Origin: Candidatus Binatia bacterium
GTDB taxonomy: Bacteria > Desulfobacterota > Binatia > UBA9968 > JAJDTQ01
Length of the DNA: 64,000 nucleotides
Direction of reading: 5' to 3'
NCBI GenBank assembly: GCA_963666515.2
Contig: OY762897.2
Coordinates: 2,592,001 to 2,656,000 of the forward strand
The notes below the pieces were generated by a model. That model searched no databases and was not told the DNA's origin. It saw only the letters and a list, made by a program, of their open reading frames with translations. The translations under genes were made by a program, and so were the position numbers. Below, piece by piece: positions 21,007 through 32,288 of the stretch (position 1 is the stretch's first letter; each line of letters begins with the position of its first letter).

Positions 21007-22476
21007 TCAGCGGATCATCAACCGGCCGGACTGGCCGGAGTAGTTGATGAAGACGGTCTTCAACTCGGTGAAGAAGTTGACGCCCTCCTCGGACATCTCG
21101 CGCTCGCCCACGCCGGTGGCCTTGATGCCGCCAAAGGGGAGCTGGGCCTCGCCGCCGATGGTGGGCTCGTTCACGTGCACCATGCCCACTTCCACCTCCT
21201 CCACGAAGCGCATGACCTTGTCCACGTCCTGGGTGAAGATGGAGGTGGTGAGGCCGAAGTCCACCGAGTTGGCGAACCGGATGGCCTCTTCCAGGTCCGA
21301 GGCCGCGGCCACCGACAGCACCGGGCCGAAGATCTCCTCGCGGAAGATGCGCATGTCCGGGGTGACGTCGTCAAACACCGTGGGCTCGACGTAGTAGCCG
21401 TGGTCCAGCCCCGCGGGCGCGTTGCCGCCCGTCACCAGCCGGGCGCCCTCCTGCTTGCCGATCTCGATGTACTCCAGGTCGGTCTTCCACTGGCCCTCGT
21501 CCACCGCCGGCCCCATGTCCACGTCGGCATCGAGGCCCGAGCCCACGCGGATCTTCCTGGCGTGCTCCTCCAGCCGGGCCACCAGCTCGCCCCGGGTGTC
21601 GCCGATGGCGATGACCCGGGAGGTGGCGGTGCAGCGCTGGCCGGTGGAGCCGAAGGCGCCGTCGCGGATGGCCACCGCGGCCTTGTCGAGATCGCAGTCG
21701 GGCATGACGATGACCGCGTTCTTGCCGCCCATCTCGCAGGTGACCTTGGCGCCGCGGGAGGCGGCCTTGACGTAGAGGTCGCTGCCGATCTCGTTGGAGC
21801 CGGTGAACGACACCACCGGGATGCGGCGGGAGTTGACGATGGTCTCGCCCACGTCGCCCCCGGACCCCACCACCACGTTGAACACACCCTTGGGAACGCC
21901 GGCCTCCTCGTAGACCTCCGCCAGGAGGCCGGCGGTGGCCGGGGTCAGGGACGCGGGCTTGAGCAGCACCGCGTTGCCCGCCACCAGCGCCGGCGCCGAC
22001 TTCCACACCGGGATCGCCCAGGGGAAGTTCCACGGCGCGATGAGCCCCACCACGCCCATGGGCTGGCGGATGGTGTAGGTGAAGGTGTCGCGCGCCTCGG
22101 AAGGGAGAGTCTTGCCGCCGAGCCGGTAGCCCGCGCCGGCGTTGTACTCCAGCAGCGAGATCCCCTTGAGCACCTCGCCCCGGGCCTCCTTGAAGATCTT
22201 CCCTTCCTCGCGGGTCATCATCTCCGCGATCTCGTCCACGCGCCGGCGGGCGATGTCCGCGGCCCGCCAGATCACCCGGCCCCGTTCCGGACCCGGCGTC
22301 TTGCGCCAGCCCTGGAACGCCTCCGCGGCCGCGTCGATGGCTCGCTCCGTGTCCTCCGCGCTGGCTATGGGAAACTCGGCGATGACGTCGCGGGTGTCCG
22401 CGGGATTGACGTTGCGGATCTGTCTTTCGGAGTTCGGCTGATACCACTCGCCGTTGATGTACGAACCGGTTTGCAT
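21007..22476 (-). CDS. Aldehyde dehydrogenase
   Basis: PWNFP, FTGS, EMGGKN, GQRCTA and EEIFGP motifs; AAGGAG RBS before ATG 22476. Confidence 0.95.
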   Translation of the reverse strand: MQTGSYINGEWYQPNSERQIRNVNPADTRDVIAEFPIASAEDTERAIDAAAEAFQGWRKTPGPERGRVIWRAADIARRRVDEIAEMMTREEGKIFKEARGEVLKGISLLEYNAGAGYRLGGKTLPSEARDTFTYTIRQPMGVVGLIAPWNFPWAIPVWKSAPALVAGNAVLLKPASLTPATAGLLAEVYEEAGVPKGVFNVVVGSGGDVGETIVNSRRIPVVSFTGSNEIGSDLYVKAASRGAKVTCEMGGKNAVIVMPDCDLDKAAVAIRDGAFGSTGQRCTATSRVIAIGDTRGELVARLEEHARKIRVGSGLDADVDMGPAVDEGQWKTDLEYIEIGKQEGARLVTGGNAPAGLDHGYYVEPTVFDDVTPDMRIFREEIFGPVLSVAAASDLEEAIRFANSVDFGLTTSIFTQDVDKVMRFVEEVEVGMVHVNEPTIGGEAQLPFGGIKATGVGEREMSEEGVNFFTELKTVFINYSGQSGRLMIR

Positions 22477-22644
22477 GGGTTGTCTCCTTGAAGCGGTGCA
22501 ACGCGTCACTATAGGCGTTTGCGGCGCAAAACACCGGTGTTGGGCGTGTGTCGGATTAAAAAAGACATACGGTTCCGTGTCAAGCGTTCGTCCGCATGTT
22601 GCGGCCCCGGCCCGGCGGCACCTATACTTCCTGTCCGGGAAACC

Positions 22645-23127
22645 ATGAAACACGTCACCATCTACACCGACGGCGCCTGCATCGGGAACCCCGGTCCCGG
22701 TGGCTACGGGACGGTGCTCCTGTACAACACGGCTACGCCTGCCCGTATGGAACTCAGCGGCGGATACCGCAGGACCACCAACAACCGCATGGAGATCATG
22801 GCCGTGCTGGCGGGACTGCGATCCCTCAAGGAACCGTGCCGCGTGACCGTCTACAGCGACTCCCGCTACGTGGTGGACGCCATGTCCAAGGGATGGGCCG
22901 AGAGCTGGCGCGCCAAGGGTTGGAAAAAGGCCAACAAGGCTCCCGCCCTGAACCCCGACCTATGGGCCGAACTGCTGGAGCTGTCGGAGGAGCACCAGGT
23001 GGAGTACCGCTGGGTCAAGGGCCACGCGGGCGACCCGGAGAACGAGCGCTGCGACGAGCTGGCGGTGGCCGCGGCGCGCGGTGCGGACTTGGCGCGCGAC
23101 GAGGTCTACGAGAGGAATCATCCCTGA
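22645..23127 (+). CDS. rnhA: Ribonuclease HI
   Basis: [22 protein letters not shown] and [15 protein letters not shown] motifs. Confidence 0.97.
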   Translation: MKHVTIYTDGACIGNPGPGGYGTVLLYNTATPARMELSGGYRRTTNNRMEIMAVLAGLRSLKEPCRVTVYSDSRYVVDAMSKGWAESWRAKGWKKANKAPALNPDLWAELLELSEEHQVEYRWVKGHAGDPENERCDELAVAAARGADLARDEVYERNHP

Positions 23128-23203
23128 CACTGGAGTCCCGGGCGCTACTACGGCATCCTGTTCCCCTTGAAATCTGTGCGGCCGTCGCTCATATTTCAAG
23201 TCG

Positions 23204-24364
23204 ATGGAAATCACACGGGAACGCCACATCCGGCGTGTCGAACTTCTGCTGAACGAGTTTCCGGTGGTCGCGCTGCTGGGCGCCCGACAAGTCGGCAAGT
23301 CCACGCTCGCCCAGCAACTCGTCCAGGCCCGCCCCGGGCCATCGGCGTGGTTCGACCTGGAAAACCCCGTGGACCTCACTCGCCTGGCCGATCCAGGCCT
23401 GGAGTTGCGGCCCCTCCAGGGTCTCGTGGTCCTCGACGAAATTCAACGGCTCCCGGAGGTGTTTCCGCTCCTGCGCGTGCTGGCGGACCGGCCTGGAACA
23501 CCGGCGCGATTCCTCGTGCTGGGGAGCGCCTCACCCGCGCTGCTCCGCCAGACATCCGAGACCCTGGCCGGACGGGTAGCCTTCCACCAACTGGACGGAT
23601 TCGGACTCGACGAGGTGGACGACCCGGAGCGGCTGTGGTTGCGCGGCGGGTTCCCGCGTTCCTATCTCGCTCCGTCAGTCCCCGCCAGCCGCCGCTGGCG
23701 CGACGGGTTCATCCAGACGTTCCTGGCCAGGGACGTGCCGGAACTCGGCAACCTGATTCCTTCGACGACGCTGCACCGCTTCTGGACGATGCTGGCCCAC
23801 TGGCACGGCCGGTTGTGGAACGGCGCGGAGCTGGGCCGAGCCTTCGGTGTTTCCCACACCACGGTCCGGCGCTACCTGGATCTCCTCACCTCGGTGTTCA
23901 TGGTCCGCCAGTTGCAACCCTGGCACGAAAACATCGCCAAGCGTCAGGTACGCTCGCCCAAGGTCTTCATCAACGACGCGGGCCTGCTTCACGCATTGCT
24001 GGGCCTGACGACGCGCGAGGCCGTGGTCTCGCACCCCGTCGTCGGACCGTCGTGGGAAGGCTTCGTAGTCCAGCAGGTCATTCACCTGCTGGGCGCCCGT
24101 CCCGAGCAGTGCTACCACTGGTCGACCCACGCTGGTGCAGAACTCGATCTGCTGATATTGGACGGCAACCGACGTTACGGCTTCGAAGTAAAGCGGGCCG
24201 AAGCCCCCCGGCTGACGGCGTCCATGCACGTTGCCTTCGAGACGCTACGCCTGGAGCGGCTGGACGTGGTGCACGCCGGCACCCAAAGCTATCGGATGGC
24301 GCCTGGCATCAGAGCGCTGCCGGCCGCCGACCTGAACGCAACACTCAACCCCTTGCCGGAATGA
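23204..24364 (+). CDS. AAA ATPase with DUF4143 domain
   Basis: GARQVGKST, LDEIQ, RGGFP, KRQVRSPK and ELDL..FEVK motifs. Confidence 0.9.
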   Translation: MEITRERHIRRVELLLNEFPVVALLGARQVGKSTLAQQLVQARPGPSAWFDLENPVDLTRLADPGLELRPLQGLVVLDEIQRLPEVFPLLRVLADRPGTPARFLVLGSASPALLRQTSETLAGRVAFHQLDGFGLDEVDDPERLWLRGGFPRSYLAPSVPASRRWRDGFIQTFLARDVPELGNLIPSTTLHRFWTMLAHWHGRLWNGAELGRAFGVSHTTVRRYLDLLTSVFMVRQLQPWHENIAKRQVRSPKVFINDAGLLHALLGLTTREAVVSHPVVGPSWEGFVVQQVIHLLGARPEQCYHWSTHAGAELDLLILDGNRRYGFEVKRAEAPRLTASMHVAFETLRLERLDVVHAGTQSYRMAPGIRALPAADLNATLNPLPE

Positions 24365-24404
24365 GGCGCTATGAATAATTCCGCCCGGTGTTAAATTGGA
24401 GTCC

Positions 24405-25463
<1,059 letters not shown>

Positions 25464-25497
25464 CTGTTTTGAGCTAGTTTAACCACGAGGTCTTCAA

Positions 25498-25869
25498 ATG
25501 AATCAGTTCAACATCTTTCAGCACCCCACCCTGGGCTATGAAGCCGTCAAGAAAGGCTGGAGCTGGCCCGCCTTCCTGTTCACCTGGATCTGGGCGTTCG
25601 TCAAACGACTCTGGCTGATTGCGGCGTTGATCCTGGTCCTGTTCTGGATCCTTGTGAACGCGATCCCGGAGGCGTGGGTGGTCGGCAACCTGATCATCTC
25701 CATCGTGATGGGCATGAAGGGCAACGAACTTCGGGCGAAACGACTGCGCGATTCCGGTTACGAAGAGGTGGCAACCGTGGAGGCGAGGACACCCGACGCT
25801 GCACTGGCGGCGCATCTCGCTTCAGGCGGAAACGAAGACCCGATTCCGCCGGAAGGCATTGTGAGGTAA
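25498..25869 (+). CDS. Small membrane protein (DUF2628-like)
   Basis: EAVKKGWSWPAFLFTWIWA followed by hydrophobic helices. Confidence 0.75.
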   Translation: MNQFNIFQHPTLGYEAVKKGWSWPAFLFTWIWAFVKRLWLIAALILVLFWILVNAIPEAWVVGNLIISIVMGMKGNELRAKRLRDSGYEEVATVEARTPDAALAAHLASGGNEDPIPPEGIVR

Positions 25870-25983
25870 CTGTTACCGTGCCGTACTCGGCCCATTTCGA
25901 ACACGTTTGCGGAAGCGTCGCGCAGGAACTCCAGTCAGTCGAGGAGGTCCTGTCTCAGTTGGAAACGACCCCAGAGAAGTCGA

Positions 25984-26253
25984 ATGCCTGAGATCTGCCG
26001 ATTTTTCGGCATCATCATACGCATGTACGTCGAGCCTCTCGGTATTCACAACCGTCCCCATTTCCACGCCTACCACCAGGATGCCGTCGCTGTGTACGCC
26101 ATTGACACCATTGAGTTGATTGCAGGACAATTGCCAAGGCGACAGCAGCGTCTGGTCGAGGCTTGGGCGGAATTGCATCACGAGGAATTGCTGACCGACT
26201 GGCGACGATTGCAATCAGGGCGGATGCTCCTGAAAATAGACCCTCTTCGATGA
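25984..26253 (+). CDS. DUF4160 family protein (putative toxin)
   Basis: MPEICRFFGIIIRMY, HNRPHFHA and LVEAWAELH motifs. Confidence 0.88.
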   Translation: MPEICRFFGIIIRMYVEPLGIHNRPHFHAYHQDAVAVYAIDTIELIAGQLPRRQQRLVEAWAELHHEELLTDWRRLQSGRMLLKIDPLR

Positions 26254-26264
26254 GGGAGGCGCCG

Positions 26265-26567
26265 ATGAGCCACCCCATCTATCGTGTGATTTCCTTTGAA
26301 GTTGAAGCGCCCTACACGCTTCGCATTCGTTTCGACGACAAGACGGAACAGGTCATAGACTTCCAGGCCGTATTGGAGGGCGAACTGTTCGGTCCCCTTC
26401 GTGATCCGTCCCTTTTCAATCAAGTCCGCATCGATCCGGAAGTCCATACCCTGATCTGGCCGAACGGTGCCGATTTCGATCCCGCCACCCTGCACGACTG
26501 GCCTATCCAACTTCCGGAACTGAAAAAATTGGTCGATCGTTGGTCGCCCGCGAGTGCAGGGCATTGA
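26265..26567 (+). CDS. DUF2442 family protein (putative antitoxin)
   Basis: GELFGPLRD..LFNQV and WPNGADFDPATL motifs. Confidence 0.88.
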   Translation: MSHPIYRVISFEVEAPYTLRIRFDDKTEQVIDFQAVLEGELFGPLRDPSLFNQVRIDPEVHTLIWPNGADFDPATLHDWPIQLPELKKLVDRWSPASAGH

Positions 26568-26695
26568 CGCTCCGCTACGTCCGTTCCGGTGAGTCACCCG
26601 GAACAACTCGATGACGGCTGTGGTCACACCTACCATCGATTCCCTCAATCTTCAGCCGCCGTTGGTTACGATTGTATATATTAACAATGCCTTTT

Positions 26696-26731
26696 CCGTT
26701 CGTCCTGAGCGAAGCGAAGTCGAAGGACGCC
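26696..26731. repeat. Dispersed palindromic repeat, copy 1
   Basis: ccgttcgtcctgagcgaagcgaagtcgaaggacgcc; related copy at 43516-43556; both lie between convergent genes. Confidence 0.7.
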
Positions 26732-26733
26732 GT

Positions 26734-27858
26734 CTAAAACTGTCGCAACTTGGAAATCGTGCTCGTAAGCCGCTCCTCCAGCAGGTGGACATGCCGCACC
26801 GCTTCCGTCGGGTCAATTTCCCATGCCCGGAGCGTGCCCTTGCGTACTTCCCCGTGAAATATGTCCTTGTGCGATTCGAACCAGCCGTGCATCTCATCAA
26901 CGACGGCCTTGGCTTCCAGTGGAAAGTCCGAGTGGGCAGTGCCGAACGCGAAACCTTTAAGGCCGTTCCAATAGGTCTGCTCCATCGACGGATACAGCCA
27001 AGCGACGGTAACTGGCGATGTATGGAATGAGCAAGATACTCGAATCGACACCCCGGAGTCTCCCCGTTCAATTCTGGCACCGGCTTTTTCGGCCGCGGTT
27101 ATGAGACGCCGGGCGACCGAGCTATCCGCAAAACATCCGTAGAACTCCTCAAGTGTCAGTTTGGTTCGTTTACGCGCCGTGCCACCCGTCGGCTTCGCGA
27201 CGGTGCGTCCAATCACCTGAGGCACCAGTGTCGTGAGCGACGCACCCCGGAATTGCTTGATCTCCACCGCCAGCACTTCGATGTTGTCCTTTGTCTGCTC
27301 ATTCAGGAACTCCACTACCCGCGCAAGCTCGTCGGGAATGCGGTCGGCAACGAACAACAGCCGCAGCCGTCGAGCGGCAAGATTCGTCGCCACCCGTTCC
27401 CAAAAAGCATCGGCGTCGACCTCGTCACTCTCTTGGGGTTGCAGCAACTCCACCAGCTTGCCTTCAGCATCGCCGCCGTCTTCGAAGGTCTGCCGCAACT
27501 CGTCCGTGGTCCAAGTCCGCGAGGCATGGGCCGCGTATTCCAGCAACTGGCCTACTATGGTGCGGCGGATTTCCGTATTGGTTCCCCGTTTCACCTCTAC
27601 GAGGGTGGGGATGGCGTCCTGGTCGACCAGAAGATGGTCGACCGACCAGCGCGCCCCGGCGTCGACCGTGTCCGGGATACTCTTCTCGCGGGTGATGAGA
27701 ATCCAGCGGCGAGGGTCGCCCGGTCGCATCTGCTCACCGTCCAGCAACTCCGGGTGATCGGCGACCAGTCTTTGGAGCAAGTCCTCCGTATCGAACGGTT
27801 CTTCCGCCAAGGGATGAATCTCCCCTTTATCGTTCATCACGTAGATACGTTCAGCCAT
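26734..27858 (-). CDS. PD-(D/E)XK nuclease-like protein (NucS C-terminal-like)
   Basis: EDLLQ, SVDHLLVD, LVEVKR and GQLLEYA motifs; alternative GTG start at 27873. Confidence 0.65.
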   Translation of the reverse strand: MAERIYVMNDKGEIHPLAEEPFDTEDLLQRLVADHPELLDGEQMRPGDPRRWILITREKSIPDTVDAGARWSVDHLLVDQDAIPTLVEVKRGTNTEIRRTIVGQLLEYAAHASRTWTTDELRQTFEDGGDAEGKLVELLQPQESDEVDADAFWERVATNLAARRLRLLFVADRIPDELARVVEFLNEQTKDNIEVLAVEIKQFRGASLTTLVPQVIGRTVAKPTGGTARKRTKLTLEEFYGCFADSSVARRLITAAEKAGARIERGDSGVSIRVSCSFHTSPVTVAWLYPSMEQTYWNGLKGFAFGTAHSDFPLEAKAVVDEMHGWFESHKDIFHGEVRKGTLRAWEIDPTEAVRHVHLLEERLTSTISKLRQF

Positions 27859-27869
27859 ACTGAGGCCCC

Positions 27870-29174
27870 TCACCGGATCATCGTATTCGGCAGGAACAGC
27901 GCGATCTCCGGGAACGCCACCAGGATGGCCAGGCAGACGGCCATGGCGATCCAGAAGGGGAAGATGCCGGCGAAGATCCGGCTCATGGGGACGTCCTCGG
28001 CGATGCCCTTGACCACGAAGACGTTGACGCCCACCGGCGGGCTGATGAGGCCCATCTCCAGCACGATGACCATGACCACGCCGAACCAGATGGGGTCGTA
28101 GCCCAGGGTGAGGATGATGGGATGCACGATGGGGAGGGTCAGCACCAGCATGGCGAAGCCCTCCAGGAACATGCCGAGCACGATATAGGCGGCCAGCAGG
28201 ATGCCGAGCACGGCGAGCCGGGGCAGCTCCATGCCCACCAGCAGCTCGGCGAGGTCCGAGGGGATGTGGGTGAGCGCCAGGAACGGGTTGAAGATGTGGG
28301 CGCCCACCAGGATGAGGAAGACCAGCGCGGTGGTGCGCGTGCTCTCCAGCGCCAGCGACGACAACGACGACACCGTCAGGCGGCCCCGCACCAGCGCCAG
28401 CAGGGCGGCCAGGAAGGCGCCCACGCCGGCGGCCTCGGTGGGGGTGAACAGGCCGGCGTAGATGCCGCCGATGGTGACCGTGACCACGCCGATCATGGCG
28501 CTGGCCTGGCGGAAGGCGCGGATGCGGTCCATGACGGTGGAGGCCGGCCCCGGCGGCCCCAGGTCCGGGTTGATGCGGGTCTGGATGAAGATCGACAGGA
28601 TGAACAGCGCAGTCAGCAATATCCCCGGGAAGAACCCGGCCAGGAACAGGCGGCCGATGGATTCCTCGGTGAGGATGGCGTAGATCACGAAGCCCGTGCT
28701 GGGCGGGATCAGGATGCCCAGGGTGCCGCCGGCGGCGATGGCGCCGGTGGACAGGCGCGAGTCGTAGCGGTAGGTGCGCATCTCCGGCAGCGCCACCTTG
28801 CCCATGGTGACGGCCGCGGCCACCGATGAGCCCGAGAGCGCCGCGAACCCGGCGCAGGCGGCGATGGTGGCGGAGGCCAGCCCGCCGCGCCAGTGCCCGA
28901 ACCAGGCGTAGGCCGCGGCGTAGAGGTCGCGGCTCATGCCGGAAACCGTGGCGAAGTTCCCCATCAGCACGAACAGCGGGATGACGATCAACTCGTAGTT
29001 GGTGGAGATGACGAAGGGCTCGCTGCCCAGCACCGCCAGGGCCGGCCCCCAGCCGTTGAGGACCCCGAACCCCAGCACGCCCACGAGCATCATGGCGATG
29101 CCCACGGGCATCCGCAGCGCCAGGAGCACGAACAGCCCCGCCAATCCCAGAAGACCCGCGGCGGTGGGACTCAT
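27870..29174 (-). CDS. dctM: TRAP transporter large permease
   Basis: GGTLGILIPPS and ISPPVG motifs. Confidence 0.95.
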   Translation of the reverse strand: MSPTAAGLLGLAGLFVLLALRMPVGIAMMLVGVLGFGVLNGWGPALAVLGSEPFVISTNYELIVIPLFVLMGNFATVSGMSRDLYAAAYAWFGHWRGGLASATIAACAGFAALSGSSVAAAVTMGKVALPEMRTYRYDSRLSTGAIAAGGTLGILIPPSTGFVIYAILTEESIGRLFLAGFFPGILLTALFILSIFIQTRINPDLGPPGPASTVMDRIRAFRQASAMIGVVTVTIGGIYAGLFTPTEAAGVGAFLAALLALVRGRLTVSSLSSLALESTRTTALVFLILVGAHIFNPFLALTHIPSDLAELLVGMELPRLAVLGILLAAYIVLGMFLEGFAMLVLTLPIVHPIILTLGYDPIWFGVVMVIVLEMGLISPPVGVNVFVVKGIAEDVPMSRIFAGIFPFWIAMAVCLAILVAFPEIALFLPNTMIR

Positions 29175-29698
29175 TCAGCCTTCTCTCGGGGAGCCTGAGG
29201 CGGCCGGAAGATGCCGGAGGCCGCCTGGAGCAGCAGCACCAGGGCGAACAGCAGCCAGCCGAAGCTCATCAGGAACATGAAGGGATGGTGGGCGATCTCC
29301 ACGAGGTTGCTGGCCTCGCCGTACTCCAGGGCGTCGAACGCCTGGTGCATGGCCTGCCACGCGACGATGGCGAACAGCACCGCGCCCAGGAGCCGCATGA
29401 GGGTGTCGGTGTAGCGAAGCCGGGCCTCCCTCACCACCGTGCTGATGAGGTCCACGGCCACGTGGCCGCCGGTCCAGCCGCAGTAGGGGATCCCCAGGAA
29501 CACCACCACGGCCAGACTCAGCTCGGAGATGTCCTGTGCGCCCAGGATGGGCGCGTTGAAGACGTAGCGCATCACCACCGCCACCACCGTCAGCAGCATC
29601 AGCCACAGCAACGCGGCGCCGGCCGCGTAGGCCAGGAACCGGGTGGTCCAGTCGGCCACCGCGGTCCCCGGCAACGCGGCGCGCGATTCGTCAGCCAT
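29171..29698 (-). CDS. dctQ: TRAP transporter small permease
   Basis: Four hydrophobic segments; MRYVFNAPI and GHVAVD motifs. Confidence 0.9.
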   Translation of the reverse strand: MADESRAALPGTAVADWTTRFLAYAAGAALLWLMLLTVVAVVMRYVFNAPILGAQDISELSLAVVVFLGIPYCGWTGGHVAVDLISTVVREARLRYTDTLMRLLGAVLFAIVAWQAMHQAFDALEYGEASNLVEIAHHPFMFLMSFGWLLFALVLLLQAASGIFRPPQAPREKAE

Positions 29699-29723
29699 GG
29701 ACGCGTGGAGTCAGTCTGCCGCC

Positions 29724-30737
29724 CTATCCGCCCATGGCGGCGAGGATCTTCTCGGCGTCGATGCCCTTGCCGGAGAGAGCCTTGACGGTCGCGGCCCGGA
29801 CCCCGCTCAGGGCCTTGCGGAAACGCTTGTCCTCGGCGTCCGAAAGCGTGATGACCTCGCCCCGGCCGCTCTTCTTCTCGCCCGCCAGGGACCCGGCCCC
29901 GGCCTTCTTGTAGATGCCGGCGGCCTTGACGCTCAGGGCCTCGCCCGAGGTCTCGTCGACGATCTTCTTGTGCTCCGCCGAAAGCCCGTCATAGGACTTC
30001 TTGTTCATCACCAGGAAGAACGCCGTGTTGGCGAACGGTCCCACCGTGTAGTACTTGGCCACCTCGCCGATCTTGAAGCTGCGGATGACGCTGGGCGCCA
30101 CCATGAGGCCGTCCACCACGCCGGTCTTGAGGGCGTTGTACATGCGCGTCACCGGCATGGCCACGGGAGTGGCCCCCAGGGCCTTGATGATGTCGCCCTG
30201 GAGCTTCGACGGAGTGCGGATCTTCATGCCCTTGACGTCGTCCAGGGTCCGCACCGCCTTGTTGCGGGTCATGATGACGGCCTTGTCATTGGTCCACAGC
30301 GCCAGGACCTTGGTCCTCGTGTACTCGCCCTGAATGGCGCCGATGGCCTTCCACATCATCTTGGTGGCCTCCACCGCGTCCGGCGCGAGACCGGGCAGCT
30401 CCACCAGCAACGTCCTCGGAAACAGCGGTGAGCTGTACCCCTGCAGGCCGAAGGTGATGTCCGCGATGCCGTCCGCGGCGCGCTTGTACTGGGCCACCGG
30501 CCCCTTGCCCAACTCGCCGCCGGGATAGATGCGCACGGTCAGCGAGCCGTTACTCCGCTTGGCGACTTCCTTTCCCCACGGCCGCATCACCAGCCGGTCC
30601 ATGGGGTGCTTGGGAGAGGTGAAGTGGGCGAGCTTCAGCTCCACCGCTTGCACCGAAGCGGCAGCCGCCAGGAGCAGGCCGCCAACCACCGATACGACCG
30701 CCAGTCTCCGGAAACAGGCTTTCAGCAATAGGGACAT
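29724..30737 (-). CDS. dctP: TRAP transporter substrate-binding protein
   Basis: Signal peptide; IYPGGELG, GMKIRTP and YNALKTGVVDG motifs. Confidence 0.92.
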   Translation of the reverse strand: MSLLLKACFRRLAVVSVVGGLLLAAAASVQAVELKLAHFTSPKHPMDRLVMRPWGKEVAKRSNGSLTVRIYPGGELGKGPVAQYKRAADGIADITFGLQGYSSPLFPRTLLVELPGLAPDAVEATKMMWKAIGAIQGEYTRTKVLALWTNDKAVIMTRNKAVRTLDDVKGMKIRTPSKLQGDIIKALGATPVAMPVTRMYNALKTGVVDGLMVAPSVIRSFKIGEVAKYYTVGPFANTAFFLVMNKKSYDGLSAEHKKIVDETSGEALSVKAAGIYKKAGAGSLAGEKKSGRGEVITLSDAEDKRFRKALSGVRAATVKALSGKGIDAEKILAAMGG

Positions 30738-30828
30738 GGTCCGTTCTCCTTTCACTATGTGCATGGTCACAAGCGGACGCAGACTAGCCGAAGAAACGGA
30801 GAGGTGTCAAACTCACCGAAGGAGCCCC

Positions 30829-32232
30829 ATGCAGAAGATCATCGACTCGCTGGCGGTGTACTGGGAACGGCGCATGGCGCGCATCATGCTGCTCGGCATC
30901 ATCAGCGGCTTCCCCTGGGTGCTCATCGGCAGCAGCCTCACCCTGTGGCTCAAGGAGGACGGCCTGAGCCGCACCACCATCGGCTTCGCCGGGCTGATCT
31001 TCGGGGTCTACGCCTTCAACTTCCTGTGGGCGCCGCTCATCGACCGCATCCGCATCCCCTGGCTGACGGGCAAGCTCGGCCACCGGCGCGCCTGGATCCT
31101 CACGCTGCAGGCGGTGATCGTGGCGTGCCTGGTGTCCTGGAGCCTCGCCGACCCCTCCGCCAACCTGGCCGTGGTGGTGGGCATCGGCCTCGCCATCGCC
31201 ATCGCCTCGGCCACCCAGGACATCGCCGTCGACGCCCTCAGAATCGAGCAGGTGGGCGCCACCGAAGGCGAGGCCATGGCCGCCGGCGCCGCGGTCGCGG
31301 TGGTGGGCTGGTGGACCGGGTACAAGCTCGGCGGCATCGTCGCGCTGGAGGCCGCCACCGCCTTCCAGAACGCGGGCGTCGAGGACTACTGGCAGGCCAC
31401 CTTCATCGTGCTCGGGAGCCTGGTCGTCCTCACCAACGTGGGCCTGCTGTTCGTGCACGAGCAGGGCGCCGAGGAACGCATCGCCTCGCAGGCCGCGGAG
31501 GAGGACCGGATCGCGTCGCAACTCGGCGTCTCCGGCCGCATGGGCCACGCCGCCGCGTGGCTCGGCGGCACCGTGGTGAGTCCGCTGGCGAGCTTCTTCC
31601 GGCGCAACGGCGTCGCCATCGCCCTCACCGTGCTCGGCTTCATCTTCCTGTTCAAGATCGGCGAAGCCTTCATGGGACGCATGTCGATCCTCTTCTACCG
31701 GGAGATCGGCTTCTCCAAGTCCGAGATCGCCCTCTACTCCAAGGGCCTCGGCTGGGTCACCACGGTAGGGTTCACCGTGCTGGGCGGCTTCTTCGCCGTC
31801 CGCATGGGCCTCATCCGGGCCATGTTCCTGTCCGGCATCGCCATGGCCGCCACCAACCTGCTATTCGCCGTGCTGTTCTGGGTGGGGAAGTCCGAAGCCC
31901 TGTTCGCCACCGCAGTGGTCATGGACGACCTCACCAGCGCCTTCGCCACCGTCACCTTCGTGGCCTTCATCTCCATGCTGGTGGACCGCACCTACACCGC
32001 CACCCAGTACGCCCTCATGGCCTCCATCGGCACCGCCGGCCGCACCCTCCTGGCCGGCTCCTCCGGCGCCCTGGTGGACTGGCTGGAAGGCGACTGGGCC
32101 ACCTTCTTCGTCATCACCACCCTGATGGTGATCCCGTCGCTGGTCTGCCTGTGGGCGATCCGCGGCAAGCTCCGGGACATGCTGGCGGGGGCGCAGGTGC
32201 GGCTGCTCGGGAAGAGCGTGGACGATCCATGA
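30829..32232 (+). CDS. ampG: AmpG-family MFS muropeptide permease
   Basis: SGFPWVL, FLWAPLID, SATQDIAVDA and YTATQYAL motifs. Confidence 0.85.
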   Translation: MQKIIDSLAVYWERRMARIMLLGIISGFPWVLIGSSLTLWLKEDGLSRTTIGFAGLIFGVYAFNFLWAPLIDRIRIPWLTGKLGHRRAWILTLQAVIVACLVSWSLADPSANLAVVVGIGLAIAIASATQDIAVDALRIEQVGATEGEAMAAGAAVAVVGWWTGYKLGGIVALEAATAFQNAGVEDYWQATFIVLGSLVVLTNVGLLFVHEQGAEERIASQAAEEDRIASQLGVSGRMGHAAAWLGGTVVSPLASFFRRNGVAIALTVLGFIFLFKIGEAFMGRMSILFYREIGFSKSEIALYSKGLGWVTTVGFTVLGGFFAVRMGLIRAMFLSGIAMAATNLLFAVLFWVGKSEALFATAVVMDDLTSAFATVTFVAFISMLVDRTYTATQYALMASIGTAGRTLLAGSSGALVDWLEGDWATFFVITTLMVIPSLVCLWAIRGKLRDMLAGAQVRLLGKSVDDP

Positions 32233-32288
32233 TCCAGCTTGCCGTGCGGCGCCGCATTCATGCCTGAACCCGGCCGCTGATCTTCCTC

